Source: a virus. From it: a stretch of 64,000 nucleotides of DNA. How positions within the stretch are numbered: position 1 is the first letter of the stretch; each line of letters opens with the position of its first letter. The stretch is from positions 62,294 to 126,293 of the IMG/VR virus record IMGVR_UViG_3300032334_001128. One strand, written 5' to 3'. A model generated the notes under the pieces. It did no database searches. It saw only the letters and a program-made list of their open reading frames with translations, and was not told where the DNA came from. Shown here one piece after another: positions 1-10,152 of the stretch. A program made the translations under genes and the position numbers.

Positions 1-2
1 GC

Positions 3-461
3 AGCATCTTCAATGGTACATTCACTGCTCTTGCAGGTACAACTGGAACTAGCGTTGCTGTTGCTCGTCGTGTTGCAATTTCAGCATGTACAGGCGCTAC
101 AACTACTGGTACATACACTGCTACAGCTCACGGTCTAGTTACTGGTCAGCTAGTGACAGTGACTGGTTTCTCGACTAACGCAGCATTCAACGTTACCGCT
201 GCTGCTATTACAGTAACTGGTGTAAACACCTTCACTGCAACTATCTCAAGCACAACCGCTACAGAAACTATTGCGGCCGTTGCTCAGGTAACTCGTGGTA
301 CTGCAATCACTGCAACTGCGGTTCCTTACGGTGCTTCTGTTTCATCAGCTGTGGCTGGTACTGCAGGTACAACTGGATACAACGTTCCTGGTAACATCAA
401 CTACAACCCTGATGTTGCAATTGACCGCGTTATCAAGTCTAACGAGGACCCAACCTCTTAA
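3..461 (+). CDS. Major tail (tube) protein, C-terminal part; 5' truncated by the window edge
   Basis: Frame is open from base 3 (SIFNGTFTALAG...) through the listed 153..461 ORF. Thr/Ala-rich, with a TAHGLVTGQLVTV module, and lies upstream of the head-tail and tail genes. The role is inferred from position. Confidence 0.6.
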   Translation, partial: SIFNGTFTALAGTTGTSVAVARRVAISACTGATTTGTYTATAHGLVTGQLVTVTGFSTNAAFNVTAAAITVTGVNTFTATISSTTATETIAAVAQVTRGTAITATAVPYGASVSSAVAGTAGTTGYNVPGNINYNPDVAIDRVIKSNEDPTS

Positions 462-476
462 TAGACAAGTAAGAAC

Positions 477-516
477 GGGCGGCGCGTTAGAGTGTTTATC
501 ACAAAACGCGTCGCCC
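477..516 (+). terminator. GC-rich hairpin after the major tail gene (terminator/attenuator or mRNA-stabilising stem)
   Basis: Arms GGGCGGCGCGTT (477-488) and AACGCGTCGCCC (505-516), 12 bp with one G-U pair; no strong U-tract. Confidence 0.5.
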
Positions 517-538
517 GCTTCACTAAGGAGAAGATTAA

Positions 539-1648
539 ATGACAGCTCTATGGGTTACACCATCAGATCTAGGATCTTACGAAAACACAGAGTTTGCTCA
601 GGAGGCCTGCGAAATGGCATCCTATCTAATGTGGACTATGTCTGGTAGAAAGTTCACTGGAGAAGTAACTGTAACTGAACGTTACGTTTGTGCTAAGCGT
701 GCATACCGTATGGGCCCTTCTTCTAAAAACTACTATGCCACACTAATTTCTGGTGAGGTATACAATATTCCGATCACTGATTTCCAAGAATATGCTGAAT
801 TGGTATCGGACGGTCTCTCCCCTGAGTCACGTATTAAGTTACGTGGTAGACCGATAACAAAGATCCATTCAGTTCGTATTAGGACCGGAGCTATCCTTAG
901 TGAGGATAGTTATTACCTAGTGGATCACTCTACGTTACAGGCAGCAGCAGGTGTTCCATGGACTCCTTGTAACGTTGAAGTAACCTACACTTATGGCTCT
1001 CCTATTCCAACAGCTGGAAAAATGGCTGCTCGTACTCTTGCCATTGAGTTTGCAAAGCTCTGGGCTGGAGATGATGACTGTATGCTTCCACAGCGTATTA
1101 CATCTATTTCTCGCCAGGGTGTTTCATACACACTTCTAGACTCACAAGACTTTATTGAGGACGTTAGAACCGGTCTATATATAGTAGATCTATTTCTGAA
1201 GTCAATCAACCCAGACAAGGCTAGAGCTAGAGCTAAGGTGTTCTCTCCTGATGCTCCTAGAGGACGTCGCTATACTCGTAAGGAATTACCACTTGCAGTT
1301 AATGCTGCTACTGACATTACCTTAAACAGGGATACTACTGCAACTTGGACATCTGCTGGCAAAGCCGGTGTTGATGTAAGTCTATTTTTTGATGAACCTG
1401 GATGGACCCCTAGCGTGACTCTAAGAAGTTATTCTGGATCTAAAACAGTAGAAATTACTGCAGCTGACATCACCCTTAACAGCGGTGCTGAGACTGTAAC
1501 TTTTCCGGTCACATACAAGAATGCCTGGGGTGCTCTTGGAATGGTAGATCCTGGAACATGGACTCTATACGCAACTAAGACTGTTGCTGGTGTTACGACC
1601 GTATCAGAGATTGAGACTGGAAACCTCCAGATCAAGTTATATAACTAG
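539..1648 (+). CDS. Head-to-tail adaptor/connector with a C-terminal beta-sandwich extension
   Basis: AAGGAG RBS. Motifs ASYLMWTMSGRKF, VTYTYGSPIP, LPQRITSISRQGVSY and TGLYIVDLFL are typical of actinophage head-tail adaptors. Confidence 0.75.
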   Translation: MTALWVTPSDLGSYENTEFAQEACEMASYLMWTMSGRKFTGEVTVTERYVCAKRAYRMGPSSKNYYATLISGEVYNIPITDFQEYAELVSDGLSPESRIKLRGRPITKIHSVRIRTGAILSEDSYYLVDHSTLQAAAGVPWTPCNVEVTYTYGSPIPTAGKMAARTLAIEFAKLWAGDDDCMLPQRITSISRQGVSYTLLDSQDFIEDVRTGLYIVDLFLKSINPDKARARAKVFSPDAPRGRRYTRKELPLAVNAATDITLNRDTTATWTSAGKAGVDVSLFFDEPGWTPSVTLRSYSGSKTVEITAADITLNSGAETVTFPVTYKNAWGALGMVDPGTWTLYATKTVAGVTTVSEIETGNLQIKLYN

Positions 1649-1661
1649 AAAAGAGTAGAGA

Positions 1662-1871
1662 ATGTCAGTTCAGACAAACTTCCGTGCCGTCGACATGCTC
1701 GGTGGCGTAAAGGCTGCAGAGGTTGTAGTTGATGCCCCTAAGAAGGTAGCACCTAAGCCAATTGCTAAGAAGGTTGAAGAACCAGAGGTTGTAGTTGAGC
1801 CTGAGGTTGTAGTAGAGCCTGTAGTAGAAGAGCCAGCCGTAGTAGTAGAAGACGACAAAGTAGAAGAGTAA
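1662..1871 (+). CDS. Small acidic low-complexity protein with EPEVVV repeats
   Basis: 69 aa, in-operon spacing, ~18-nt tandem repeats at 1777-1850. Confidence 0.6.
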   Translation: MSVQTNFRAVDMLGGVKAAEVVVDAPKKVAPKPIAKKVEEPEVVVEPEVVVEPVVEEPAVVVEDDKVEE

Positions 1872-1875
1872 ATAA

Positions 1876-2382
1876 ATGGCATTAGCGGTAGATATATCTA
1901 ACGTGTCTGAAGACGCACTTGCGTTGAAAGATATGATGGATGGTGTTGTTGAGCGAGTGGGTACTATATACCAGTCGTATAACGTACCCCTACCCGCTCG
2001 TCGTTATTGGACTTTTGGTACTCCAATCGTTGACTGTGAACAAATGGTGGTGGCCGTGCAGCAGCTATATCTTGGCCCTCCGGGAGATCAAGCTAGCAGA
2101 CCACAGCGTTGTAACGTACCTAGAACGGTAGTTATGAACATCATGGTCGCACGTGCCGTCCCCATTGTTGGACAGAATGGACGTCCACCTACAGCAGAGC
2201 AGATCGAGAAATCTGGTCACATTTCGGCTGTAGATTCCTGGGTGCTCATGCAAAGTATCAATTTGTTAGATCAGTGGGATGAGACTGGTTTTGGTGCAGG
2301 CGTTATTGCCACATTGGAGGCCCCGTCAGCTGAGGGTGGTTACCAGGTAATCAACCTGCAGGTGACAATGGCGGTTCCATAA
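1876..2382 (+). CDS. Tail terminator / tail completion protein
   Basis: Size (168 aa) and position between adaptor and gp10-like gene; C-terminal SAEGGYQVINLQVTM. Confidence 0.6.
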   Translation: MALAVDISNVSEDALALKDMMDGVVERVGTIYQSYNVPLPARRYWTFGTPIVDCEQMVVAVQQLYLGPPGDQASRPQRCNVPRTVVMNIMVARAVPIVGQNGRPPTAEQIEKSGHISAVDSWVLMQSINLLDQWDETGFGAGVIATLEAPSAEGGYQVINLQVTMAVP

Positions 2383-2383
2383 A

Positions 2384-2932
2384 ATGCCAGCATATGTAAT
2401 TAATGACAGCTGGCTAACGTACGCCATCGGACAGGGTAGACGCCTAGCTAAAAGAAGCGTACGCCGAGGCCGTGGATTTGGTGGAAATCCTTCTGGTATA
2501 GGTGCGTCATCACGCCCTTCTCTTACTTATAAATTTTCTGGTGTAGTTTTTTACGAACCTGTTTTAGAAAGATATTTACACTCTCCTACCGGAGCCGTGG
2601 GACGCTGGATGACTGTCCAAGGAAATAAAGTAGTTGTCGGTGCTAAGGCTCAGGTTGGTGTACGAACCGGACGTCTAAGAGAATCTATTAGAATCCAGGA
2701 CCATAGAGCCGACGCACGAGGCCAAGTAATGAAAATTGGATCTACTGTCAATTATGCCTACGTGCATCACGAGGGTATGAAACCAGTCGTAATCACCCCT
2801 AAGGGTAATCACAAGACCCTCAGATTTAGAACCGGTGCTCGTATTATTTACAGTAGAAGAGTGGTTCACCCTGGATTTAAGCCAAATAGGTATTTGAAAG
2901 ATAGCCTAAAATTAATAGATGGAGTTAAGTAA
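2384..2932 (+). CDS. HK97 gp10-like neck/tail completion protein
   Basis: Motifs VRTGRLRESI, NYAYVHHEG and HPGFKPNRYLKDSL. Confidence 0.75.
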   Translation: MPAYVINDSWLTYAIGQGRRLAKRSVRRGRGFGGNPSGIGASSRPSLTYKFSGVVFYEPVLERYLHSPTGAVGRWMTVQGNKVVVGAKAQVGVRTGRLRESIRIQDHRADARGQVMKIGSTVNYAYVHHEGMKPVVITPKGNHKTLRFRTGARIIYSRRVVHPGFKPNRYLKDSLKLIDGVK

Positions 2933-2977
2933 ATAACTTCATGTCCACATTCAATACTAAATTAAGGATACGTAAAT

Positions 2978-3304
2978 ATGGCTAGATTCAAAGACTTTGG
3001 TGGATCAGTTGACACAACTGCTGAACCAGTAAAATTCAAGCTTTTTAACGAAGAGTTCGTATGCGTGAAGCAGCTTCAAGGCAAGGTTCTACTAGAACTT
3101 GTTGCTGATTCAGGTTCGGACGATGCTGCAAAAACTGCATCAGTAATGACTAAGTTCTTCAAGACCGTTCTTCTCGATGAGAGCTACGAGCGATTCGACG
3201 CACTTCTAAACGACAAAGAAAAGATTGTTCCAGTAGAAACTCTTGCTGAGATCACATCATGGCTTGTCGAGGAGTACTCAGACCGCCCCAACGATCGGCC
3301 ATAG
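2978..3304 (+). CDS. Tail assembly chaperone (G-like)
   Basis: 108 aa, two genes upstream of the tape measure; ends EEYSDRPNDRP and overlaps a -1 frame ORF. Confidence 0.75.
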   Translation: MARFKDFGGSVDTTAEPVKFKLFNEEFVCVKQLQGKVLLELVADSGSDDAAKTASVMTKFFKTVLLDESYERFDALLNDKEKIVPVETLAEITSWLVEEYSDRPNDRP

Positions 3305-3738
3305 GGTTAATCGAGTGGGGGCTCGACTTATGGCCGTACGTAAACGGTAAATGCATTTTAAATGGAATACGACTAGAAAGTTTGGAGGCATCTGACATGC
3401 TAGATGTACTTCACTATCTTCTAGAAGATGCTTTTGATGTGAGCTCTGCGGAACAGGCTCAGGCTAGAGATCAGATTCGAACTACTTTATACAAAGACTT
3501 TTATGGCAAAACATACAAGTATGCTGCTAAAAAGAAAAACGATGGCTTTAGTACAGCTAGCGGATTTGACGATCAAGAGTTTGCTGAAGAGAATAAGTTG
3601 TCTGCTGAAGAAGATTCAGACATTAAACCATTTAATCCTAGGTATAAAGAACCTACCAAACCATTTACCCCTGCCACCGAAGTTGGACCTGACATGTTAG
3701 ATCCTTTTGGTGGAGTACTAGATAGTCCATTGGGATAG
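3259..3738 (+). CDS. Tail assembly chaperone extension (T-like), probably reached by -1 frameshift
   Basis: In the -1 frame relative to 2978..3304, 46-nt overlap, directly before the tape measure; DLWPYVNG...DMLDVLHY. Confidence 0.7.
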   Translation: MACRGVLRPPQRSAIGLIEWGLDLWPYVNGKCILNGIRLESLEASDMLDVLHYLLEDAFDVSSAEQAQARDQIRTTLYKDFYGKTYKYAAKKKNDGFSTASGFDDQEFAEENKLSAEEDSDIKPFNPRYKEPTKPFTPATEVGPDMLDPFGGVLDSPLG

Positions 3739-3747
3739 AGGTGACGC

Positions 3748-6700
3748 ATGGCAATTGTAGGTGAAGCTCATATTATTGTTCGCGCTTTAACAAATAGAGT
3801 TAAAGGCGACATTCGTAATGGGTTCAGCGGATCTGAAAAACTTGGATCTCAGGCTGGTAAACAGATTAGTGGTGCTTTTTCTAAAGCATTCAACGCGGCT
3901 GGAAAAGATGGTATATCTTTCTTTGGTCGCGTCTCTAAGGGCCTACAAGCCTTGCGTCCTGGTGCTGCTCAAGCATACGATGCATTTGCCTCTTTGCAAC
4001 GTAAATTCTACACAATGGGAACCGCAGCTGGCGGTCTTATTGGTGGAATATCATCACTAGGTAGTGCTGCACTAGCACTTGGTGGTGCACTGGCAGCTGC
4101 TGCTCCAGCTGCAATAGCCCTTGGTGGAGCCATGGTGTCTCTCAAGCTTGCTGGCTTTGTAGGCAAACTTGCTATGAAGGGAGTTGCGGAAGCAGCTTCT
4201 GCCTTATCTGAGCAACAGAAGGGTCTAGGCAAGACTGCTAGAGAACTTAGAGAAGATATGCAGCAGCTGGCTTTTGAAGCCGAAGAAGCTGCACTGGGGG
4301 AAATGAGAGCAGGACTGTCCCTAGAGCAGGCTAGAGAAAACCTAGCTATGGTACAGGATCTACCTCCTAACTCTAGAGCTAGACGAGAAGCTGAACTGGC
4401 ATATGCCGAGGCCGATCTCAATATGAGACAGGCTATAGATCGAAATAAAGATCTACAGGAGCAGCAGGAGAAAGGCTCCAGAGGCTTCGGGCGTAATCCT
4501 ATGGAAGACGCTCTAAAAGGTCTAAACGTATATCAAAAAACTTTTGCTAAATTCTTAGCCGGATTATCTAAGTACATGACTAGACTTCGTCTAGTTGCAG
4601 CTAGAGGTCTATTGCCACCTCTTCAAAGTGCCATATCACTAATTGTTAAAAAGGGATTCCCTGTACTTGAAAAGGGTGTTGGTGCTATTGCAGTAGCAAT
4701 GGGCAAGGCTGCTAAGGATTTTGCCAAAATAATCACCACCACTCAAAATCTTAAAGCAGTAAACTCCGTAATGCAAATGTCTGCTCATTTTATTCAGCAG
4801 ATGGGAAAACCTTTAGGTAACATATTTGCAATATTAGTTTTGCTACTAAAACAAGCTGCTCCTTTGCTCAGCATGTTTACTAAATTTTTAAATAAAAAAA
4901 CTAAAGGATTTTTGTCTGATCTAAGGATCAAAGAGGCAACAGGTGAGCTAAGAAGATTCTTTGTTAGAGCTGGAAAGCTTGCTGCCCAGCTTGGAGCTAT
5001 CCTCGGTAATACTTTTGGAGCTTTTGGTGGAATTGTTAAGGCTTCTGTAGGTAAGAACTCTGGCGGTGGATTACTACTAGATTGGTTCCAAGAAGTAACT
5101 GCAAAGTGGAAAGCACTTAGAAACGCACCTGAAGGCATTGAAAAAATGCGTGAAAGTCTTTATGTTGGGGCTAAAAATGCTAAAAGTCTGTTGCAGCTTG
5201 TTGGTGACTTATTTAGAACTTTGTTTGGAACTCTTCAGACTCCAAATCTTCAACTATTCTTTGATGCGGTTAGAGCGGGAATACCTTCACTTAAAGACAT
5301 GTTTGAAGAAGTTGGATCTGCTTTGCCAATTATGGGTGAGCTTATAACCAACATCCTAAGGTTTTTTGGAGCATTTGCACAGTCTGGTGCTGTAGTTGAG
5401 TTCTTTAAGATCTTAAATGGTGCAGCCAAAATGCTTGCAAACTTTATGGAAAAACCTATGGTAAAGGCGTTCTTTAAAGCTACTGCTAAAATTCACGCCT
5501 TTGCTCTTGCTTTTGGTATGCTAGCCATATATGGTGGCAAAGCCCTAGATATTGTTGTCGGTGGTGCAGCAAAATTTATGGGCTTTCTGGATAAGATGGC
5601 TCAGCACCCTATTCTGACCTTTCTTGGCTTATTAGCCGGTGCATTTATATATTTATATAAAACTAATGCGGATTTTAAAGCTTCTATGGATGAGTCCTGG
5701 AAAGCAATTCAGGATTTAATAAAGCCGGTTGTTGACGTAATAAATCTAGCTCTCAAAGAGTTTGGTCAATTAATTTCTTCCGAAGTTAGTGCTGGGGTTA
5801 ACAAACTTATAGTTCCTTTGACTAAGTTGGCAGAGGTTCTTATGGCTTTAATTCCCCCGTTAATGGAAGCAATTGTTCCAACTCTAAAAATATTTGTAGA
5901 TATTCTTGTACTGGTAATCAAATATGGATCTGATCTAGTTGCACAGTTTGTATCTTCATTAGTTCCTGCCATACAAATTCTCTCGGAACTAGTAGGAACT
6001 TTGCTTAAAGCATTTGCTCCTTTAGTAGAGCTTTTGATTAAAGATCTAATCCCAGTAATTGCCTTATTTATATCTCATATCATAAACTTGGCACTAACCC
6101 TATTAAAAGATTTTACTCCAGTAATTAAATCAATTATTGAAGCCATAACTCCACTTGTAAAAATATTTACGGAAATGGCTGGGACTGTACTTAGAGAGTT
6201 AATGGATGCTTTCTATCAGCTTACCGCTGCATTTGTAGGTAAGGGTAACGGACTTAATGGAATAATTGGTGGACTAGTAGATCTGTTCGGTTCACTAGGT
6301 AAAATCATTGCCGACACTGTAGTTCCAATATTTAATAATCTAGTCCAGCATATTTTCCCTCTGTTTAATCAAATGGTTGCTGAGCTTGCACCTGTAGTTA
6401 TAAAACTTATTACTGACGTTCTTCCAATAATTGTAAAAATTGCAGAAGCTTTTGGAGAAGTATTTCTTCAAATTGCTAACGTTGCTATTCCTGTAATTTC
6501 TGGTCTTGTTAGCGCATTCCTGCCTATTATTAAAGTTCTAGCTGAGCAGCTAATTCCTATATTTGATTCCCTGCTCACTGCGGTTCTCCCTCTATTTAAG
6601 AGCATTATTCCGGCAATTACTCCTTTAATTAGTGAATTAGCTTTGTTTATTCAAAAACTATTTGAAGCAGTTGTTCCATTTATAGAGAAACTTATGCCAA

Positions 6701-8463
6701 GCATAATGTCTCTTATTGGGATGCTTCAACCTATATTTATTAAATTAATGGAAGTTATAACTCCAATAGCAGATCTCTTTATCCGACTATTAGATCCAAT
6801 TCTATCTTTAGTCATGCTAATGCAGGATCTATTTTTAGAAGTTATTCAACTTGTAATAGACATAGTAATTTCTTTGGTAGAAACCCTACTGCCTCTTTTT
6901 GACATCTTTGTAAAGCTTATAGACCCGATCGAATCTCTGATCAAGAGTTTGCTTCCTCCACTAAAAACTATTATTTCCACAGTGGTGGATGTATTTATTA
7001 CATTATTTAAATCAATTATGCCTGTAATTGACGCTCTTCTAGACATACTTATTCCAGTTATTGATACTTTAATAAGAACCGTAATTCCACCTTTGACTCA
7101 AATTATTATGGTTCTTGTTGACTCTTTCCTTGATCTATTTAATGCAGTTATGCCAGCAATTTCTGGTGTACTAAAGGCTCTGCTTCCAGCGGTTGCTGAT
7201 GTTGTTAAGGCTGTATCTCCACTAGTTCAGGTGCTTGTTAATCAGCTTGGCCCAATAATTTCAGACGTAATAATTCCTGTAATTAAGTCATTGATTGATC
7301 CTTTAATCTCTATAGTTACAGTTTTTACAGATATTGTTAAAGCTCTTGCTCCATTTATTGCTCAGGTGGTTCAGCAATTAATGCCTGTAATTACAGAATT
7401 AGTTAAAATTCTTGTGCCTCTTATAGATAGTTTAATAAAAATGTTACTGCCTGTTATTAAAGATATTTTGACAGCAATACTACCTTTGATCTCAGTTCTA
7501 ATTGCTGATCTAGTTCCGGTATTTGGCGATATTATTACGGCATTGATGCCTTTTATTACAACTTTGCTTAACCAACTTATTCCTGTAGTTATGCAATTAC
7601 TTCATGCTTTAGAACCAATTATAGATTTATTGTTGGATATACTCAAGCCACTTCTTCCTATAATTAGTGATCTATTTAAACAATTATTGCCCCCTATTCT
7701 TGAAATTGTTAAAGCATTTTCTAAATCTCTTGGACCTATACTAGAGCTTCTTCTTACACTTATAGAACCAGTGATTGACGTCATAACTACTTTGGCTAGC
7801 ATTCTCTCTGGTACGTTGAGCATAGGGATTGCAGGTATGGTAAATGGGTTAAAACTTATAATGCCTGCAGTCATCGGCGTTACAGATGTGATTGCCAAGC
7901 TTGCAACAGGAATTGTAACTGGTCTTGCTAATGCGTTTACTTTCCTTATTAATATGGCTAAAGGTTTTGCAATTGTTTTTAAGCAAATATTTACTGGAAT
8001 AAATATAGTCATAAAAGCAGTACTAAATGGTCTTTTAATTGCAGTTGAAGCTGTACTTAACTTTATTATTGCTTCAATTAACACCTTGTTAGATGGAATT
8101 AATATAGTTCTTGATGGCATAAAGATTGCAACTTTTGGTGCTGTAGACATACATCTAGATCCAATTAAGCCAGTAAAACTTACTAGGCTAGCTGAGGGTG
8201 GTACTGTAATGCCTAGCCCTGGTGGATCTATTGTTAACATTGCTGAAGCTGGTAAGCCTGAAAGAGTAGTCCCTCTGGACTCAAACGGGCTATCTGCTGG
8301 AGATAAAGCTGTTTTAACTGCGATCAAAGACATGGCAGCTTCTGGTGCCGGAGGACCTGGCATTGAAATTAACGTCTATGCTAGTGAAGGAATGAGCGTC
8401 AAGGATCTAGCAGCTGAGGTATCAAGACAACTTTCATTCTCAATGCGTAAGGGCACGATCTAA
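3748..8463 (+). CDS. Tape measure protein
   Basis: 1571 aa, N-terminal AIVGEAHIIVRA, long amphipathic Pro-spaced 11/22-residue repeats, C-terminal RLAEGG and NIAEAGKPERVVPL. Confidence 0.95.
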   Translation: MAIVGEAHIIVRALTNRVKGDIRNGFSGSEKLGSQAGKQISGAFSKAFNAAGKDGISFFGRVSKGLQALRPGAAQAYDAFASLQRKFYTMGTAAGGLIGGISSLGSAALALGGALAAAAPAAIALGGAMVSLKLAGFVGKLAMKGVAEAASALSEQQKGLGKTARELREDMQQLAFEAEEAALGEMRAGLSLEQARENLAMVQDLPPNSRARREAELAYAEADLNMRQAIDRNKDLQEQQEKGSRGFGRNPMEDALKGLNVYQKTFAKFLAGLSKYMTRLRLVAARGLLPPLQSAISLIVKKGFPVLEKGVGAIAVAMGKAAKDFAKIITTTQNLKAVNSVMQMSAHFIQQMGKPLGNIFAILVLLLKQAAPLLSMFTKFLNKKTKGFLSDLRIKEATGELRRFFVRAGKLAAQLGAILGNTFGAFGGIVKASVGKNSGGGLLLDWFQEVTAKWKALRNAPEGIEKMRESLYVGAKNAKSLLQLVGDLFRTLFGTLQTPNLQLFFDAVRAGIPSLKDMFEEVGSALPIMGELITNILRFFGAFAQSGAVVEFFKILNGAAKMLANFMEKPMVKAFFKATAKIHAFALAFGMLAIYGGKALDIVVGGAAKFMGFLDKMAQHPILTFLGLLAGAFIYLYKTNADFKASMDESWKAIQDLIKPVVDVINLALKEFGQLISSEVSAGVNKLIVPLTKLAEVLMALIPPLMEAIVPTLKIFVDILVLVIKYGSDLVAQFVSSLVPAIQILSELVGTLLKAFAPLVELLIKDLIPVIALFISHIINLALTLLKDFTPVIKSIIEAITPLVKIFTEMAGTVLRELMDAFYQLTAAFVGKGNGLNGIIGGLVDLFGSLGKIIADTVVPIFNNLVQHIFPLFNQMVAELAPVVIKLITDVLPIIVKIAEAFGEVFLQIANVAIPVISGLVSAFLPIIKVLAEQLIPIFDSLLTAVLPLFKSIIPAITPLISELALFIQKLFEAVVPFIEKLMPSIMSLIGMLQPIFIKLMEVITPIADLFIRLLDPILSLVMLMQDLFLEVIQLVIDIVISLVETLLPLFDIFVKLIDPIESLIKSLLPPLKTIISTVVDVFITLFKSIMPVIDALLDILIPVIDTLIRTVIPPLTQIIMVLVDSFLDLFNAVMPAISGVLKALLPAVADVVKAVSPLVQVLVNQLGPIISDVIIPVIKSLIDPLISIVTVFTDIVKALAPFIAQVVQQLMPVITELVKILVPLIDSLIKMLLPVIKDILTAILPLISVLIADLVPVFGDIITALMPFITTLLNQLIPVVMQLLHALEPIIDLLLDILKPLLPIISDLFKQLLPPILEIVKAFSKSLGPILELLLTLIEPVIDVITTLASILSGTLSIGIAGMVNGLKLIMPAVIGVTDVIAKLATGIVTGLANAFTFLINMAKGFAIVFKQIFTGINIVIKAVLNGLLIAVEAVLNFIIASINTLLDGINIVLDGIKIATFGAVDIHLDPIKPVKLTRLAEGGTVMPSPGGSIVNIAEAGKPERVVPLDSNGLSAGDKAVLTAIKDMAASGAGGPGIEINVYASEGMSVKDLAAEVSRQLSFSMRKGTI

Positions 8464-8466
8464 AAA

Positions 8467-10107
8467 ATGATAAAGACAAACTATGTATATAACCCAACGT
8501 TTAGTTTGGGCACGGCTGGGTGGTCTACATCCAACGCTACTCTTTCTAAAGTAGCTAGCTCTATAGCATCTCCGTCATACTATGGGGATTCTTACGGCAG
8601 CTTATCTAAGACTGGAACTAGCAACCCGTCTATCTATACAACTACTAAGTTAGCTACTACCGTGGGGTCTACATATACCTTCTCGGCATATGTAAAAATT
8701 CCTACTGGCCAAGAGTCAGGAACTTATCAGCTATCTATTGGATGGTATACAGCGGTACCTGCTTTAGTTTCTACATCAACTTCAACTAGTACATCACTGA
8801 CTAGTTCGTCTGGCTGGACAAGGATCACTGTTACTGGTACTGCTCCAGCTACTTCTACTCAGGCTCAGCTGAACATTATAAATACAAGTGGAAGTACAGT
8901 CGGTCAAATATTTTTGGTTGACGCACTTCAGTTTGAAAATAATGCTACTGCTAGCCCCTTTGTTGAGCCAATCAGTCAAGATCAAGAAAATAACAAAACT
9001 AACAATGTTTTACGTCCGGTTCCTCCTCCACATCTAACCGGTATTGAGCTTAACGCTGATATCATGCTTAATGGACTTCTTCTTAACACAATTGACAACA
9101 ACAATGTTTTGTGGGTATGTACTGACATTAAAGGTTGGTGGGATCTTCCAGATCCTGAAATTCTAGATCTTACAAGAGGTCTGGATGACGGTTCATATGA
9201 TGTGAGCGGAAGATACACAGCTAGAAATCTAACTTTAACTGGGTCAATTCTTGTACCTAGTAGAACATACACAGCTGCGGCTAGAGATAGATTGATTTCA
9301 GCTATAAACTTAGTAGCTACTGGTGGGTGGTTGTATGTAGATGAAAGCCCTACTAAAGCAGCTTACGTACGTTTGAGCGGACGTCCAAACATCGAGGTTG
9401 TTAACGCTAGAGGTCGTATTGACTTCTCTATTGGCCTAAAAGCAGCTAATCCAGTAAAGTTTAAATGGAACTGGAATGATGCTAATGGCTATGAGTACTC
9501 ATCAGTGTCTGCAGGCGGATCTACTGCTATAACTAATGCAGGAAATTACCCCGTACCTGTTGTGTACACGCTTACTGGAGGAACCAGTGGCTTGACTGCT
9601 CCTATAACAATTGTAAACTCTACTACCGGTAAAACACTGACTGTAACTAAAAAAATCCGTGGGTCTACCTACTCCGAGTCTATTGGGACTACCCTGGTAG
9701 CTTCTGGTGTAGTGACTATTGGATTTGGCGCAACTGTTCACTCTTTCTTAGTTGGAGATATTGTAAACGTAGCCAGTATTAGTACTGCTGGTCGTACCGG
9801 TCTGAATACTACTGGTGCTGTTATCACAGACGTAACTGATACAACTTTAAGTTTTGCAAAAACTACTGGTGATTTAGCGTCTCTTTCTACTAATGGAACT
9901 GTAACTTTAGCTGCGGCTGACATTTTAGAAATTGATACTTATAATAAGTCTGCCGTATTTAATGGATCTTCAAGTATTGCTAGATCTTATATTGATACTT
10001 TGACAGATTGGACAACTCTTCTACCTGGAAGCAATACCATTCAATTTACCCCGACGTCTGGATCTACATCCTTAACTGTAAAATACAGATCTGGTTGGAT
10101 CGGTTAG
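8467..10107 (+). CDS. Distal tail (Dit)-like minor tail protein with an N-terminal carbohydrate-binding-like domain
   Basis: Follows the tape measure. N-terminal NPTF...WS/YTFSAYVK/FLVDALQFE jelly-roll; core GWWDLPDPE, RNLTLTG, LLPGSNTIQF, YRSGWIG. Confidence 0.8.
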   Translation: MIKTNYVYNPTFSLGTAGWSTSNATLSKVASSIASPSYYGDSYGSLSKTGTSNPSIYTTTKLATTVGSTYTFSAYVKIPTGQESGTYQLSIGWYTAVPALVSTSTSTSTSLTSSSGWTRITVTGTAPATSTQAQLNIINTSGSTVGQIFLVDALQFENNATASPFVEPISQDQENNKTNNVLRPVPPPHLTGIELNADIMLNGLLLNTIDNNNVLWVCTDIKGWWDLPDPEILDLTRGLDDGSYDVSGRYTARNLTLTGSILVPSRTYTAAARDRLISAINLVATGGWLYVDESPTKAAYVRLSGRPNIEVVNARGRIDFSIGLKAANPVKFKWNWNDANGYEYSSVSAGGSTAITNAGNYPVPVVYTLTGGTSGLTAPITIVNSTTGKTLTVTKKIRGSTYSESIGTTLVASGVVTIGFGATVHSFLVGDIVNVASISTAGRTGLNTTGAVITDVTDTTLSFAKTTGDLASLSTNGTVTLAAADILEIDTYNKSAVFNGSSSIARSYIDTLTDWTTLLPGSNTIQFTPTSGSTSLTVKYRSGWIG

Positions 10108-10152
10108 AATAGATATATAAATGACGATTAGACGCAAGGTTAAATATATCCA

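Noticed and set aside
7602-8363. 253-aa antisense ORF and many other shadow ORFs (e.g. 4008..4421, 16279..16761, 21253..21624, 50904..51464, 60576..61100)
   Set aside because: They lie opposite or inside well-supported genes, have no RBS or motifs, and are explained by codon bias of the real strand.
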